A stretch of DNA of 64,000 nt from a virus, in the IMG/VR virus record IMGVR_UViG_3300035698_017497, positions 61,757 to 125,756 of that record; one strand, 5' to 3'. The notes beneath the pieces were generated by a model, which made no database searches, had not been told where the DNA came from, and saw only the letters and a program-made list of their open reading frames with translations. The translations under genes were made by a program, and so were the position numbers. Position 1 is the stretch's first letter. Each line of letters opens with the position of its first letter. Shown here in pieces: positions 7,653 through 17,219 of the stretch.

Positions 7653-10583
7653 ATGTTTGATATTATTCAGTATTTAAGAAAAAGATGGAGTCAGGTATCG
7701 CAGGCTACAGGGCAGCGCGGAACATTCGTTGACGAGCTAGCCACTAAACCTACAGGTATTATACTCGGGGAATATTATAATTTACTTGTAGAGGAACGTA
7801 CTATTAACAATATTGCTCTTTGGCAGGATATGACAGAAGAGCAGCTTGATTTTTTTGGAAACAAATTCTTTATACCTAGGGTTGATGGCACCAAAGCTTC
7901 AGGGTCTGTAACTATGTATTTTGATGAAGCTTCTGATTTTGAGATAACTGGAGATGTAAAATTCGTTAATGAGGATGGTGTTGAATATTTAGCTTCACAA
8001 CCGTCCTTCGTGAGTGGGAGCGTTCTCAATCAGTCTGATAGCGATTATGCATTATACGAGTATACAGTGCCTGTAGTTGCGCTACTTGCTGGATCTCAAT
8101 CTAATATAAAAGCGAATACGGTTACAGAGATAAGCGGTGGTGATTTTGCATATAAATATGTGACAAATAATGCCGCTATACAGAATGGCGTTTACAGAGA
8201 ATCGAATGAGGAATATGCTAAAAGATTGTTTTACTCTACAAATAACAGAAGTCTTTCGAATCGTGGATCTATAACTACCCAGATTCAGACTTTATTTCCA
8301 GCTATAAAATCAATGTATGTAGCTGGAGCTGGGGACGCTTATATGGAGCGAGATCTTATTTATGGATCAGATGGAAAGGTCGACGATATAACCTTTCTTG
8401 GAAAAACTCCCGGAAGCGGAATAGTTAAGCATTCAGCATACCCTGACTTGTTTCCACCAAGCCCAAACTCAGATACCTATGCTCAGTACAAGCCTTTCAC
8501 TTTAAGCGCATCTGCAGATAAGCCAGTTACGATATCTGCCATAAGTGCAGATGCTTCCATCGATCAGGATCCGGCTATTAACGGCATAAATTTAGGTCTT
8601 GAAAATTCTTATGAGCAATATTCTGGATTGTTTTTTGATGATTACCATAAAAACGCCATTGTAGAATCTGATTATATATTCGACGGCGTGTCTGACGGAT
8701 ACGACGATGTAGTGGTAGCCGGGAATGGGTTAAGGCCTGGTGTGTATGGCGAATTAATAGATAGTGCTGCGAACGATCCTATTGAATTCTCGGGCGCATC
8801 TATACAGATGAGAGCCGTCACTGAAGACAATAGAGCAGTTGTAGTATCTAAAGATATTGGTAAGCGTGGTGGAGTAAAACTTATTGGAACATTGAAGACC
8901 CCTTCTGAAGCATCTGCTCTAAAAACAGTTTTGCAGTTTAGTGTTGGCGGGATAAATGCTGGAAGTTCCGTAGACGCTTTCTCCGGGATTGGGTTTGGGA
9001 TATATCCTTATGCTGCGTATAATAGCTCATTTAATAATGCAATCGCATTCATACATACCGGAACATATTACGGAGCAACTCAAATATATCTTGAGAATGG
9101 AGCGGGAGGATACGTCTCTGATTTTAATGCCGTAGTAGAGGATAATGTAAAATTTAAAGAAGATATGCAGTATGATTTTGAATTTATACTTTATGACAAT
9201 ACCCTAAGTGGAAATAATGATAATTCTGATGAGCCTAGAGATATATACGCAACCTTACTGCTTACTCCTGCCGACTCGGCTTACGACACTATAAAAATTA
9301 GAGCCACTACAAATATGCTTAGGCCTATAAAGGAAGAATTCCTTCTTGAGGATTCCGACTATTTTGGTGAGTCTATCAAAATAGCTCTACAGCCATCTAC
9401 TACAGTTGATGGAACTGAGTTGTGGACTGTTAATAATATCGTAGCCACAGACTTAACAGAGTCTCATGCACAGATGGCTTTAGCTATGGATATTGCGAAT
9501 CTTACTGGGGACGTTAATTTCTACATAGCTGCTGATGGTGAGGGGTTTCTGAATAATGGCGTAATCGAAGGAGCTGAGGTGTTTGTATGGGACCCATCAT
9601 TAGATTCTCTTTATACTCCATCATCTTCATTAAATACAGGTGCATGGAAAAGGCTTAATGAAATTTCTGGCGGAGGAATGTCAACAATATCGGGAGCATC
9701 TGAAGTAATTAAAAATATAGAAGAGTATGTAGTGGGTGGAGCTCTGCCTAATAAGGTGATGTTTTTAGTAAAGTCTTTAGGTAAATCAAAGTCATCAAGT
9801 GAATTTAGAGGAGACGCTCTTGATGATGTCCAAGTAAGGCTCAGTGTTGGGTATGTTAAGATTGAGAATGTTCTTAGTAGTTACTACCATTCAAACACAG
9901 AAACAGATTTATATCTTTCTACTTTTTTCAATACCGAAAGTCTTCCAGAGGAATCAGTTGATGTTACTAAGACCAGTAATGAAACTTATTTTGAATTAAG
10001 TACAGATACTGGTTTTAGCTCTCCAATAGCCAACATAGCCAGTATCACTACTGGTGATAGCGGTGACGAGCTTCAGATTCCGGACGACGAGTATGAGATA
10101 GTGTACAGCGATGATGATTTTAGAGGGTCAAGCTCTGAGATAATAAAAATAATACTAGATGATAGTGCTGTAAATAATATCTCTGTTCAGTACGTAGGGT
10201 ACCCAAAGATAGCTGAAATACAAGGGTACTTCTCAGACTCTCAATATAAACAGAACTTTGGAAACTATCTAATAAGGCATAAATACCCATGCTCTTTAGA
10301 CATAGCTCTCACATATTCAGGGTCATTACAGATTGATGAAATAAACACAATCATAACAGATTATATAGATACGAAAGTAACAAGCACGTTATCTAAGGAT
10401 AAGTTGTGGCAATATCTGTATGACAATGGTTATATTTCAAATATAGGAAGTAACGATCTTACAATATCTTACGAGAAACTTGATAGCGAGTTTGATATTG
10501 AATCAGGAGATATCGATAAAGAGTTAGAGATAAGGCCAATAGATTTTTTCTATATTAAAAAAATAGAATCAACAAAGATATAA
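7653..10583 (+). CDS. Baseplate J/gp47-like protein with a large internal insertion
   Basis: N-terminal 'LDFFGNKFFIPRVDGTKASGSVTMYF...VPVVALLAGSQSNIKANT...VTNNAAIQNGVYRESNEEYAKR' is typical of baseplate J. Confidence 0.8.
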   Translation: MFDIIQYLRKRWSQVSQATGQRGTFVDELATKPTGIILGEYYNLLVEERTINNIALWQDMTEEQLDFFGNKFFIPRVDGTKASGSVTMYFDEASDFEITGDVKFVNEDGVEYLASQPSFVSGSVLNQSDSDYALYEYTVPVVALLAGSQSNIKANTVTEISGGDFAYKYVTNNAAIQNGVYRESNEEYAKRLFYSTNNRSLSNRGSITTQIQTLFPAIKSMYVAGAGDAYMERDLIYGSDGKVDDITFLGKTPGSGIVKHSAYPDLFPPSPNSDTYAQYKPFTLSASADKPVTISAISADASIDQDPAINGINLGLENSYEQYSGLFFDDYHKNAIVESDYIFDGVSDGYDDVVVAGNGLRPGVYGELIDSAANDPIEFSGASIQMRAVTEDNRAVVVSKDIGKRGGVKLIGTLKTPSEASALKTVLQFSVGGINAGSSVDAFSGIGFGIYPYAAYNSSFNNAIAFIHTGTYYGATQIYLENGAGGYVSDFNAVVEDNVKFKEDMQYDFEFILYDNTLSGNNDNSDEPRDIYATLLLTPADSAYDTIKIRATTNMLRPIKEEFLLEDSDYFGESIKIALQPSTTVDGTELWTVNNIVATDLTESHAQMALAMDIANLTGDVNFYIAADGEGFLNNGVIEGAEVFVWDPSLDSLYTPSSSLNTGAWKRLNEISGGGMSTISGASEVIKNIEEYVVGGALPNKVMFLVKSLGKSKSSSEFRGDALDDVQVRLSVGYVKIENVLSSYYHSNTETDLYLSTFFNTESLPEESVDVTKTSNETYFELSTDTGFSSPIANIASITTGDSGDELQIPDDEYEIVYSDDDFRGSSSEIIKIILDDSAVNNISVQYVGYPKIAEIQGYFSDSQYKQNFGNYLIRHKYPCSLDIALTYSGSLQIDEINTIITDYIDTKVTSTLSKDKLWQYLYDNGYISNIGSNDLTISYEKLDSEFDIESGDIDKELEIRPIDFFYIKKIESTKI

Positions 10584-10595
10584 GGAGTCAATAGC

Positions 10596-11828
10596 ATGGT
10601 AGTACAATTCGGAGCAAACGCTGGAGTTTCATTATCGCAGGCTGTATCTGGAATAAGCAGCATATCTGACAATATTATCCTGCAACAAGACGGAGAATGC
10701 TCAGAAATACTTCCTGCTAAATTTAAAGACTTATCATTTGGAGATGCCTACTCTATATCTATCAAGGGCGATGGTAGTAAAATATTTCTTTCTGAGTCAT
10801 CATTCAATAATGCTGGCGGACTCGGAGGAAGTAGAGCGTGGCCGTACTTGCAATTTGGATCAGTTGACGGTCTTAAAAGCATCTCACTGGAGAATGTTAA
10901 ATTTGTCATAACTCCTGATTATGTCAATGGCGCTAGCAGTGCAGTACCATGCATAATGCTTAACGACGATATTGAATCTGCTCTTTCTGAAAACTCGAAT
11001 ATTGTAGATGCGTATATGACTTCTGTCATTGGGGTTACTTTCAATAGCGTTGCATCGTTAATATCTGCAAACGCTGATGTAGAGTACTCTTACGATCTTA
11101 GGATTAGGTCATGTAACATATTCAGAGCTGCTCATGTTATTGATAATATTGATATCGATGGCGTTACTGGAAAACTGTCTGTAGAGAATCTTACAGCAAT
11201 AATGTCAAACTCATCAAGTAACCCTATTAGTGTTTCAGTAAAAGATAAGATTAATCAGAAAATTTACAATTCGTATATTGTTAATCAGTCTGGACCATCT
11301 GCCCCAAACTCGGCGATGATAGATCTTAAGAATGTTTATACATATGGATCTGGGTCATTCGATTTAAAGAAAAAAAATCCAGCCACTTCTCCAGATAGAT
11401 GTATGATGGATTATAGCAATATTGATAGTATTTATTTCCTTACTCCAAAATTCAACTGCCAACTATTCGCGGGACCAGATCGTGACCCCATTTTTGCCGG
11501 AACTGTCAGATACAATAATGGATCAACAATCAAAATTGGAAGTATGATAGCTGGTGGATCAGGAGTATCTTACGATCTTGCCCCGCCAAATAACATAGCT
11601 GCCATATCAATTGATGGTAATATAAAAGTTTCGTGGGATGAGCCGTCTGACACAGCAAGTGCAATATCAGGATACCAAGTGTACCGGTCTTCTATTGGTG
11701 GAGATGTAATTAATTTTAATAACATAGATCAAATCGGGTCAGTGCAAAAAGGAAGTACAGAATACATAGACACGTCAGTAGTTCCTGGCACCGATTACTG
11801 GTACAGGGTTAAATCTTACAAGGCTTAA
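10596..11828 (+). CDS. Virion protein with C-terminal fibronectin type III domain
   Basis: 'APPNNIAA...IKVSWDEP...ISGYQVYRS...YIDTSVVPGTDYWYRVKS'. Confidence 0.75.
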   Translation: MVVQFGANAGVSLSQAVSGISSISDNIILQQDGECSEILPAKFKDLSFGDAYSISIKGDGSKIFLSESSFNNAGGLGGSRAWPYLQFGSVDGLKSISLENVKFVITPDYVNGASSAVPCIMLNDDIESALSENSNIVDAYMTSVIGVTFNSVASLISANADVEYSYDLRIRSCNIFRAAHVIDNIDIDGVTGKLSVENLTAIMSNSSSNPISVSVKDKINQKIYNSYIVNQSGPSAPNSAMIDLKNVYTYGSGSFDLKKKNPATSPDRCMMDYSNIDSIYFLTPKFNCQLFAGPDRDPIFAGTVRYNNGSTIKIGSMIAGGSGVSYDLAPPNNIAAISIDGNIKVSWDEPSDTASAISGYQVYRSSIGGDVINFNNIDQIGSVQKGSTEYIDTSVVPGTDYWYRVKSYKA

Positions 11829-11830
11829 TA

Positions 11831-12082
11831 ATGAATGTAATAGGATTTTCTGAAGCTTCGTGCTGTGTTGTTGGAGACGCTATAGTTTCTGATCTTAAGC
11901 AATACTCTGATCCTTCAGAATCACGCTTTGTTGAATATGATATTTTTGTTGCTGACTTTTCGGAATCCGCTGAGGCAATATCAGAGATAGTTAATTTTGG
12001 CCAGTTTGGTGATGCTACGTATTGCGAGTTGGTAAATACAGACGTATCGCAAATGTCAAGCTGTGCAAGATGCAGAATATAA
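11831..12082 (+). CDS. Small acidic hypothetical protein
   Basis: 83-aa ORF filling the gap in a co-directional run of genes. Confidence 0.5.
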   Translation: MNVIGFSEASCCVVGDAIVSDLKQYSDPSESRFVEYDIFVADFSESAEAISEIVNFGQFGDATYCELVNTDVSQMSSCARCRI

Positions 12083-12095
12083 ACGAGGATTGTCA

Positions 12096-13589
12096 ATGTC
12101 TAAAATTGTTAATTGGTATTACGATGAAGATAATGGCGCCGGCCAGCAGACCGGCGAGATCAATTATCCATTTGCAACATTTGAAAATTTGACATCGGCT
12201 ATAGAAGCTACTGCGGATGTTGACGTCTTAAATATATACATAAAAGGTCAACTAACAGCCCTAGCCACACCTGCTGAAATAAATGATTCAGTTGGCGAGT
12301 TTAATGTATTGCCACATCCTAGCGAGAACAGCTATACAATATTGTCATCCGGATTATCTGATAAAAAAGTTTTTAGAATTAATAATATTGACGGTGAGTT
12401 AAATGTAAATTACAATAACGCAATCTTCAGCATTGGCCCAGACAGTGCGTTTTATGCTATAGATTACGAGTTTGATGGTGACGGAACTCTCAATTTGGAT
12501 TTTGTTAACTGCGTATTTTATAGAAGCTCTACGCCTGGGACTTCCGTGTATCCAATCAATAGCACGAACGCTTATGTTACGGATGCGTCACTGGTAAATG
12601 TTGGCTATTATGGATGTGTGTTTGATGTCTATTTTGAAATTAGTTTCAAAATTGGAAAACATATGGCCACCGATTTGACCAGGCACGTTGTAACGGTAAG
12701 GGACTCTCTATTTAAGACTTTTAGCAATACTATCACTGGAAGTATAATAACTTTAGATATAGATTACTGTGAGTTCTCTGAGGCCTTTACTATTGACAGT
12801 GTTGCTATAACTGGAACTAACGTCGTTAGTAGTACAGCATTCGCAGATCTTAATGTGCAATCTATTGTGAATGGCAGTCAGATATTACAATATTTTGAAC
12901 AGTACGAATTCTCTGTTCAGCTTTCGCCCGAGTTCCTTACAACATCTCCTGTTGGACTTAACGGCGGAGTCAGAGTTGGCCCCGGGGCATTTTATTTTGT
13001 TGGTAGTACAATCTACGTAGATCTAGATTTAGAAGAGACTGATTACGGAGACGGTACAGTCAGGGATCCTTATAATTATTGGCAACTTGAATCTTTTGAA
13101 GATTTTGGATATGGTGATGTTGTAAAGATAAAAGGCACTAAGCATATAGATGGTCAAGAGTTTGAATGGTTTATGAGAAACAAAACCCTTAATTATGTTA
13201 AATTAAAAGGCTGGGACATTGGCGTTAACGGCATTTGGAAAATTCAGCTTAAGGATTACATAGTATCGACGTACTCTATCTTTACTGGATGCATATTAAC
13301 TTCTGTGGAGATGTCAGATTTTCTAATTATAAATGAAACTGAATCGGATATAGATATTAAGTCAATAAATAATTGTGAGGGTACCGCAACAAAGTTTAAA
13401 AATTTTATAATACATTGCAATGAGATAGATTCATCTGTTTATGGTAATTTCAATGTAGAATCCACATATGTCGAGCCAGGGTATTACGGCGGAACTATAA
13501 CTGCTAATAAGTTAAGGCTGAATAGCGGGCTTGGATGTAAAATAAAAGATACTATACTTAACATTCAGAGCGTTGAGGATTTAGTCTAA
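12096..13589 (+). CDS. Acidic beta-rich virion/fibre protein
   Basis: Start moved from 12063 to the ATG at 12096 (GAGGA RBS). Contains 'YVDLD...GDGTVRDPY' and 'YYDED...GEINYPF' motifs typical of beta-helix N-caps. Confidence 0.6.
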   Translation: MSKIVNWYYDEDNGAGQQTGEINYPFATFENLTSAIEATADVDVLNIYIKGQLTALATPAEINDSVGEFNVLPHPSENSYTILSSGLSDKKVFRINNIDGELNVNYNNAIFSIGPDSAFYAIDYEFDGDGTLNLDFVNCVFYRSSTPGTSVYPINSTNAYVTDASLVNVGYYGCVFDVYFEISFKIGKHMATDLTRHVVTVRDSLFKTFSNTITGSIITLDIDYCEFSEAFTIDSVAITGTNVVSSTAFADLNVQSIVNGSQILQYFEQYEFSVQLSPEFLTTSPVGLNGGVRVGPGAFYFVGSTIYVDLDLEETDYGDGTVRDPYNYWQLESFEDFGYGDVVKIKGTKHIDGQEFEWFMRNKTLNYVKLKGWDIGVNGIWKIQLKDYIVSTYSIFTGCILTSVEMSDFLIINETESDIDIKSINNCEGTATKFKNFIIHCNEIDSSVYGNFNVESTYVEPGYYGGTITANKLRLNSGLGCKIKDTILNIQSVEDLV

Positions 13590-16500
13590 TGAGCTATTAT
13601 GTAAGCAAAACAGGATCAGCCACAACACCTTACGATACCCCAGCTAAGGCTGCTAATAGGATAACTGACGTTAGCGTTTACGGAGTATCTGTCGGTGAGA
13701 CATATTACGATATTAGACTTTGGTCAGAGAACGACGGTGATGTTATACGTGAAGATATCTCCGCTGGCGAGGCTGCAGGTCTATACTCATTTGGCGAAGA
13801 CACTGGCAGCGTTACTGAGACTGTGGTTATATCCGGAGATCCACTAAGTCCATTTGTCCCGAGAGTATTTTTTAATACAGTCAACTCGTATGCTAAAACA
13901 TTTAATTTTTATAGCGGTGAATCGCTTAGAAATGTTACAGTTCAAAATTTTATGATTGTTGCAGATCCGGATGGGATAAATTTATCAAATGGTTTCGTTA
14001 CTTGCAATGGTGGAGCGGAGCTATTCGAGAGCGTTGTTATTAGTGGGACTTTCTGGGATTTTAGACAAGGCGGATTAATAGGCGCACCTGCCATACTAGA
14101 CATATATGCGCATTGCGAGAGATACACTATAGAGAGAAACGTGCTACTTGTAAGCTCGCTTGTTTATATTATAGACATTAGCGTTAGCTCAGTTGCTGGA
14201 GATGGATCTACTGTTAGGAATAATACTATAGTAAGATACGGAATAGCAAGCGATCCAACAGTCAGGTTTAATAATGGAATAGATGTTGACTCGAATACTT
14301 ATTCTGAATTCACTAACAATATAGTTATCAATAAAGATTCAAGTACGTGCACTGCTGTAATATTTGAAAACGACGTTAGTTTTATTTCTGACCACAACTG
14401 CGCGACAATTGCCAGCACTGATCAGTTATTGATAATAGTTGACAATACAGGAAATTCATTGTACCCAGGTCCATCTACTCTTTTGGAAGACCCATTGTTT
14501 GTAGAGGTTCCTGATGCTACCGAGCTATTAGATTATATGGATCCAAAATTAAATCTTCAAGCTGTCTCTCCATGTAGAGATGCTGCAGATGATTATGGAG
14601 ATATTGGCGCTTATATATATACTAACGAAATACAAACTGGAGTGGTAGATCTTGAGAATGTAGAATCGCCATTAGACTTGTCGACAATAGTCAACGTTGT
14701 CATATCCAACGTTACGCATCTTTCTGATATAAGCGATAGGCTTCCAACCTTTTACGAAGTAGGCAATTTTGAGGTTCAGGATTATAATGTGGGGAACGTG
14801 ATACCAACTCAGTCCGGGTCAGCATCGTATGACGATTATAGCACTGGAATAGTTGGAGTGGAGAGGGTAGGAATTGGAGGCCTATCGTTTAATATTATAA
14901 GTGTTGAGGTTCCATATTATCTAGAAACCAGAATCGACTGCGCTCCTCCCAACATTACTTATTGGAAGTTCTGGAATTACATATCAACATTCTGGAATTT
15001 CAAGTCAGACCAGTTAAAAGAATGGTTCGAAGATTTTTGGCGTGGGCTAAGCGAGATGAACCATAAACTGACACTGCACGCTAGTAGGTTTTTAGCATTA
15101 CAGGCCCCTGAAAATGCACTTGAGTGTGTTTATGATTATCAGATGTCTGTAGACTTAGGGCCTCTCAATAGTATGCCTATAGAGCTAAATCCCCTAGTCC
15201 AAATCGGGCGTAATAAATTTATATCACCAACAGGAGTGGTGGTAAATCCACCTACACTTAATCAGGAAACTGGTGAGCAGGAGTATTTACACTACATAAT
15301 TGTTGGACAGTATGATTACTATGCAGCTTTCGATACTTTTGATGTAACTAAAAAAATGTACATAGTTGTAAATGATAAATCTACCGGGGGCCGAGAATAC
15401 TTCGAGCTTAATGGGTTAGTGTCAAGTGAAGAAGGCACGTTCCCTAATCAGTCAGGTGTGAAAGATGCATACGCTTTTGAGATAGCTTCAGATTTATCTA
15501 GTTATATAGATAAAGATTTTGCATTTTACCTTACTACTGGAAGAGCTTACTATGTTGGAAACGAAATAGTCTCAATAGATTATTTAAGAAAAAACCCGGC
15601 TACTGTAGGGGTGCTGTATTCAAATGACATAGACTATTATATGCGAGATGGAATTGTGGAATTTTATAATGACATAGACTATTTCGACACGGTGTACTGT
15701 GATTACGTTGAGTACACTGACACGTACATATATGAGACTTACGGAAACCTTGTGGGGATAATTGACCATCACACTTACAATTATGATAATTACCATGGTA
15801 AGGTTGCGATCAACGCTGCACTTAAGGGGTATCAGGAAGCCGGCAAGGAGAGTGGTGCTAATTTGGCACTGAACTCGTTGTATGCAGCTCCTATTGCTGC
15901 TGAAGATGGTGAGGTAGTTGGACTGTTTGAGTCTTACGGATATAGAGTTAGCGATGTATCAATCATATCTGGCGATTATTACCAGATCACTGTAGACGTT
16001 GAGGATGATCTTTCGTACATGTTCCAGAAAGGTACTCATATTTATTGTGATGATACTAACAAAATATACACAGTAGACTCAGTAATAGATCGTGATGCTG
16101 GAACTATCAAGGTCCTGATGGAAGACTCTGATTGCCTTATTGAAAATGAACATACAGTATATCCAAGACTTAGAAATAGATTTGATATTATAGAGTACGA
16201 AGCTGAGTCTAGCGAAAAAGGCGGAGTAATCGTAATGGATGTCAGAGAAGAGCTCTTGGCTATGGCTAACCAGATAGATGTCATAAATACCATAACTGAG
16301 GGTAAAGCTTATCCTGAAATAATAGTTTATGATGCCGTGTATAATGGAACTTACCATATGACTAGCGTTGAATACGGTGTTGAGCCTAGTAGCGCCCGTG
16401 TAAATCTTTACAAAACGTACAATGATGATATAGCTGCATACAACGACAATATAGCTGTCGACGTTGTTGAGGATAAGAATGGCAAGGCTCATGTGCCATG

Positions 16501-16795
16501 GCTAACACATAAATTTTTACTAGTGAAGCACAGCGCGTCAAAGTATAGGAAATATTATCTTGACTCTACAGTCGATACAATTTACGAACGTGGCGATCAA
16601 GTTTATAAGTATGACATTCTGGCAAGAAATGTAAGTAGATTTTCCAATGATTCATTCCCGGGATGGAACGGGTACGGTCAGTTTGAAGCTTTTAACGATC
16701 ACGACTCTGCTTACGGGCTGATCACTATAACATCTGAAAATCCAGGGGTGGATCCTGGAACTTATTTACCTGTTGGATATAGGACTATAGATTAA
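13589..16795 (+). CDS. Baseplate/tail protein: N-terminal parallel beta-helix region, C-terminal wedge-like region
   Basis: 'YYVSKTGS...YDTPAKAA', 'VRNNTIV...TNNIV', 'LQAVSPCRDAADDYGDIGAY'; TAATG overlap with the upstream gene. Confidence 0.6.
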   Translation: MSYYVSKTGSATTPYDTPAKAANRITDVSVYGVSVGETYYDIRLWSENDGDVIREDISAGEAAGLYSFGEDTGSVTETVVISGDPLSPFVPRVFFNTVNSYAKTFNFYSGESLRNVTVQNFMIVADPDGINLSNGFVTCNGGAELFESVVISGTFWDFRQGGLIGAPAILDIYAHCERYTIERNVLLVSSLVYIIDISVSSVAGDGSTVRNNTIVRYGIASDPTVRFNNGIDVDSNTYSEFTNNIVINKDSSTCTAVIFENDVSFISDHNCATIASTDQLLIIVDNTGNSLYPGPSTLLEDPLFVEVPDATELLDYMDPKLNLQAVSPCRDAADDYGDIGAYIYTNEIQTGVVDLENVESPLDLSTIVNVVISNVTHLSDISDRLPTFYEVGNFEVQDYNVGNVIPTQSGSASYDDYSTGIVGVERVGIGGLSFNIISVEVPYYLETRIDCAPPNITYWKFWNYISTFWNFKSDQLKEWFEDFWRGLSEMNHKLTLHASRFLALQAPENALECVYDYQMSVDLGPLNSMPIELNPLVQIGRNKFISPTGVVVNPPTLNQETGEQEYLHYIIVGQYDYYAAFDTFDVTKKMYIVVNDKSTGGREYFELNGLVSSEEGTFPNQSGVKDAYAFEIASDLSSYIDKDFAFYLTTGRAYYVGNEIVSIDYLRKNPATVGVLYSNDIDYYMRDGIVEFYNDIDYFDTVYCDYVEYTDTYIYETYGNLVGIIDHHTYNYDNYHGKVAINAALKGYQEAGKESGANLALNSLYAAPIAAEDGEVVGLFESYGYRVSDVSIISGDYYQITVDVEDDLSYMFQKGTHIYCDDTNKIYTVDSVIDRDAGTIKVLMEDSDCLIENEHTVYPRLRNRFDIIEYEAESSEKGGVIVMDVREELLAMANQIDVINTITEGKAYPEIIVYDAVYNGTYHMTSVEYGVEPSSARVNLYKTYNDDIAAYNDNIAVDVVEDKNGKAHVPWLTHKFLLVKHSASKYRKYYLDSTVDTIYERGDQVYKYDILARNVSRFSNDSFPGWNGYGQFEAFNDHDSAYGLITITSENPGVDPGTYLPVGYRTID

Positions 16796-16826
16796 TTATT
16801 TTATATACTAAATAGAAAGTTCAAAA

Positions 16827-17210
16827 ATGATAGTAGCAGATATTACAAAAACAAACATGATGGATGAAATGTACGCTCTGCTCAATGATGGGCTTGGCGG
16901 AGTTGGCGAGATATCCATAAAGGACGCTCTCGGTGTCGAAATAGCTTCATTGGTATTTGCCAATATAGAAAAGGATTACTCTACTAGCAGTAAGAAAATA
17001 ATCCTAAAAGACACTACTGATAACTATACTATAGAGGGCGTTGTTTTAGGGGATGGAACGGCTGTAAGTTTTGATGTTATAGCTAATAGTATAACTGTTT
17101 TCTCTGGAAGTATAACTACCCATCTCGGCAATGGTGATATTAAATTTAGTAGAGTTGTGTGGTTAACGGATCAGCTCGTAACATTAGAGAATTTTACAAT
17201 TATCTTTTAG
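16827..17210 (+). CDS. Small virion structural protein
   Basis: 127-aa beta-rich ORF inside the tail module. Confidence 0.55.
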   Translation: MIVADITKTNMMDEMYALLNDGLGGVGEISIKDALGVEIASLVFANIEKDYSTSSKKIILKDTTDNYTIEGVVLGDGTAVSFDVIANSITVFSGSITTHLGNGDIKFSRVVWLTDQLVTLENFTIIF

Positions 17211-17219
17211 GATATAAAT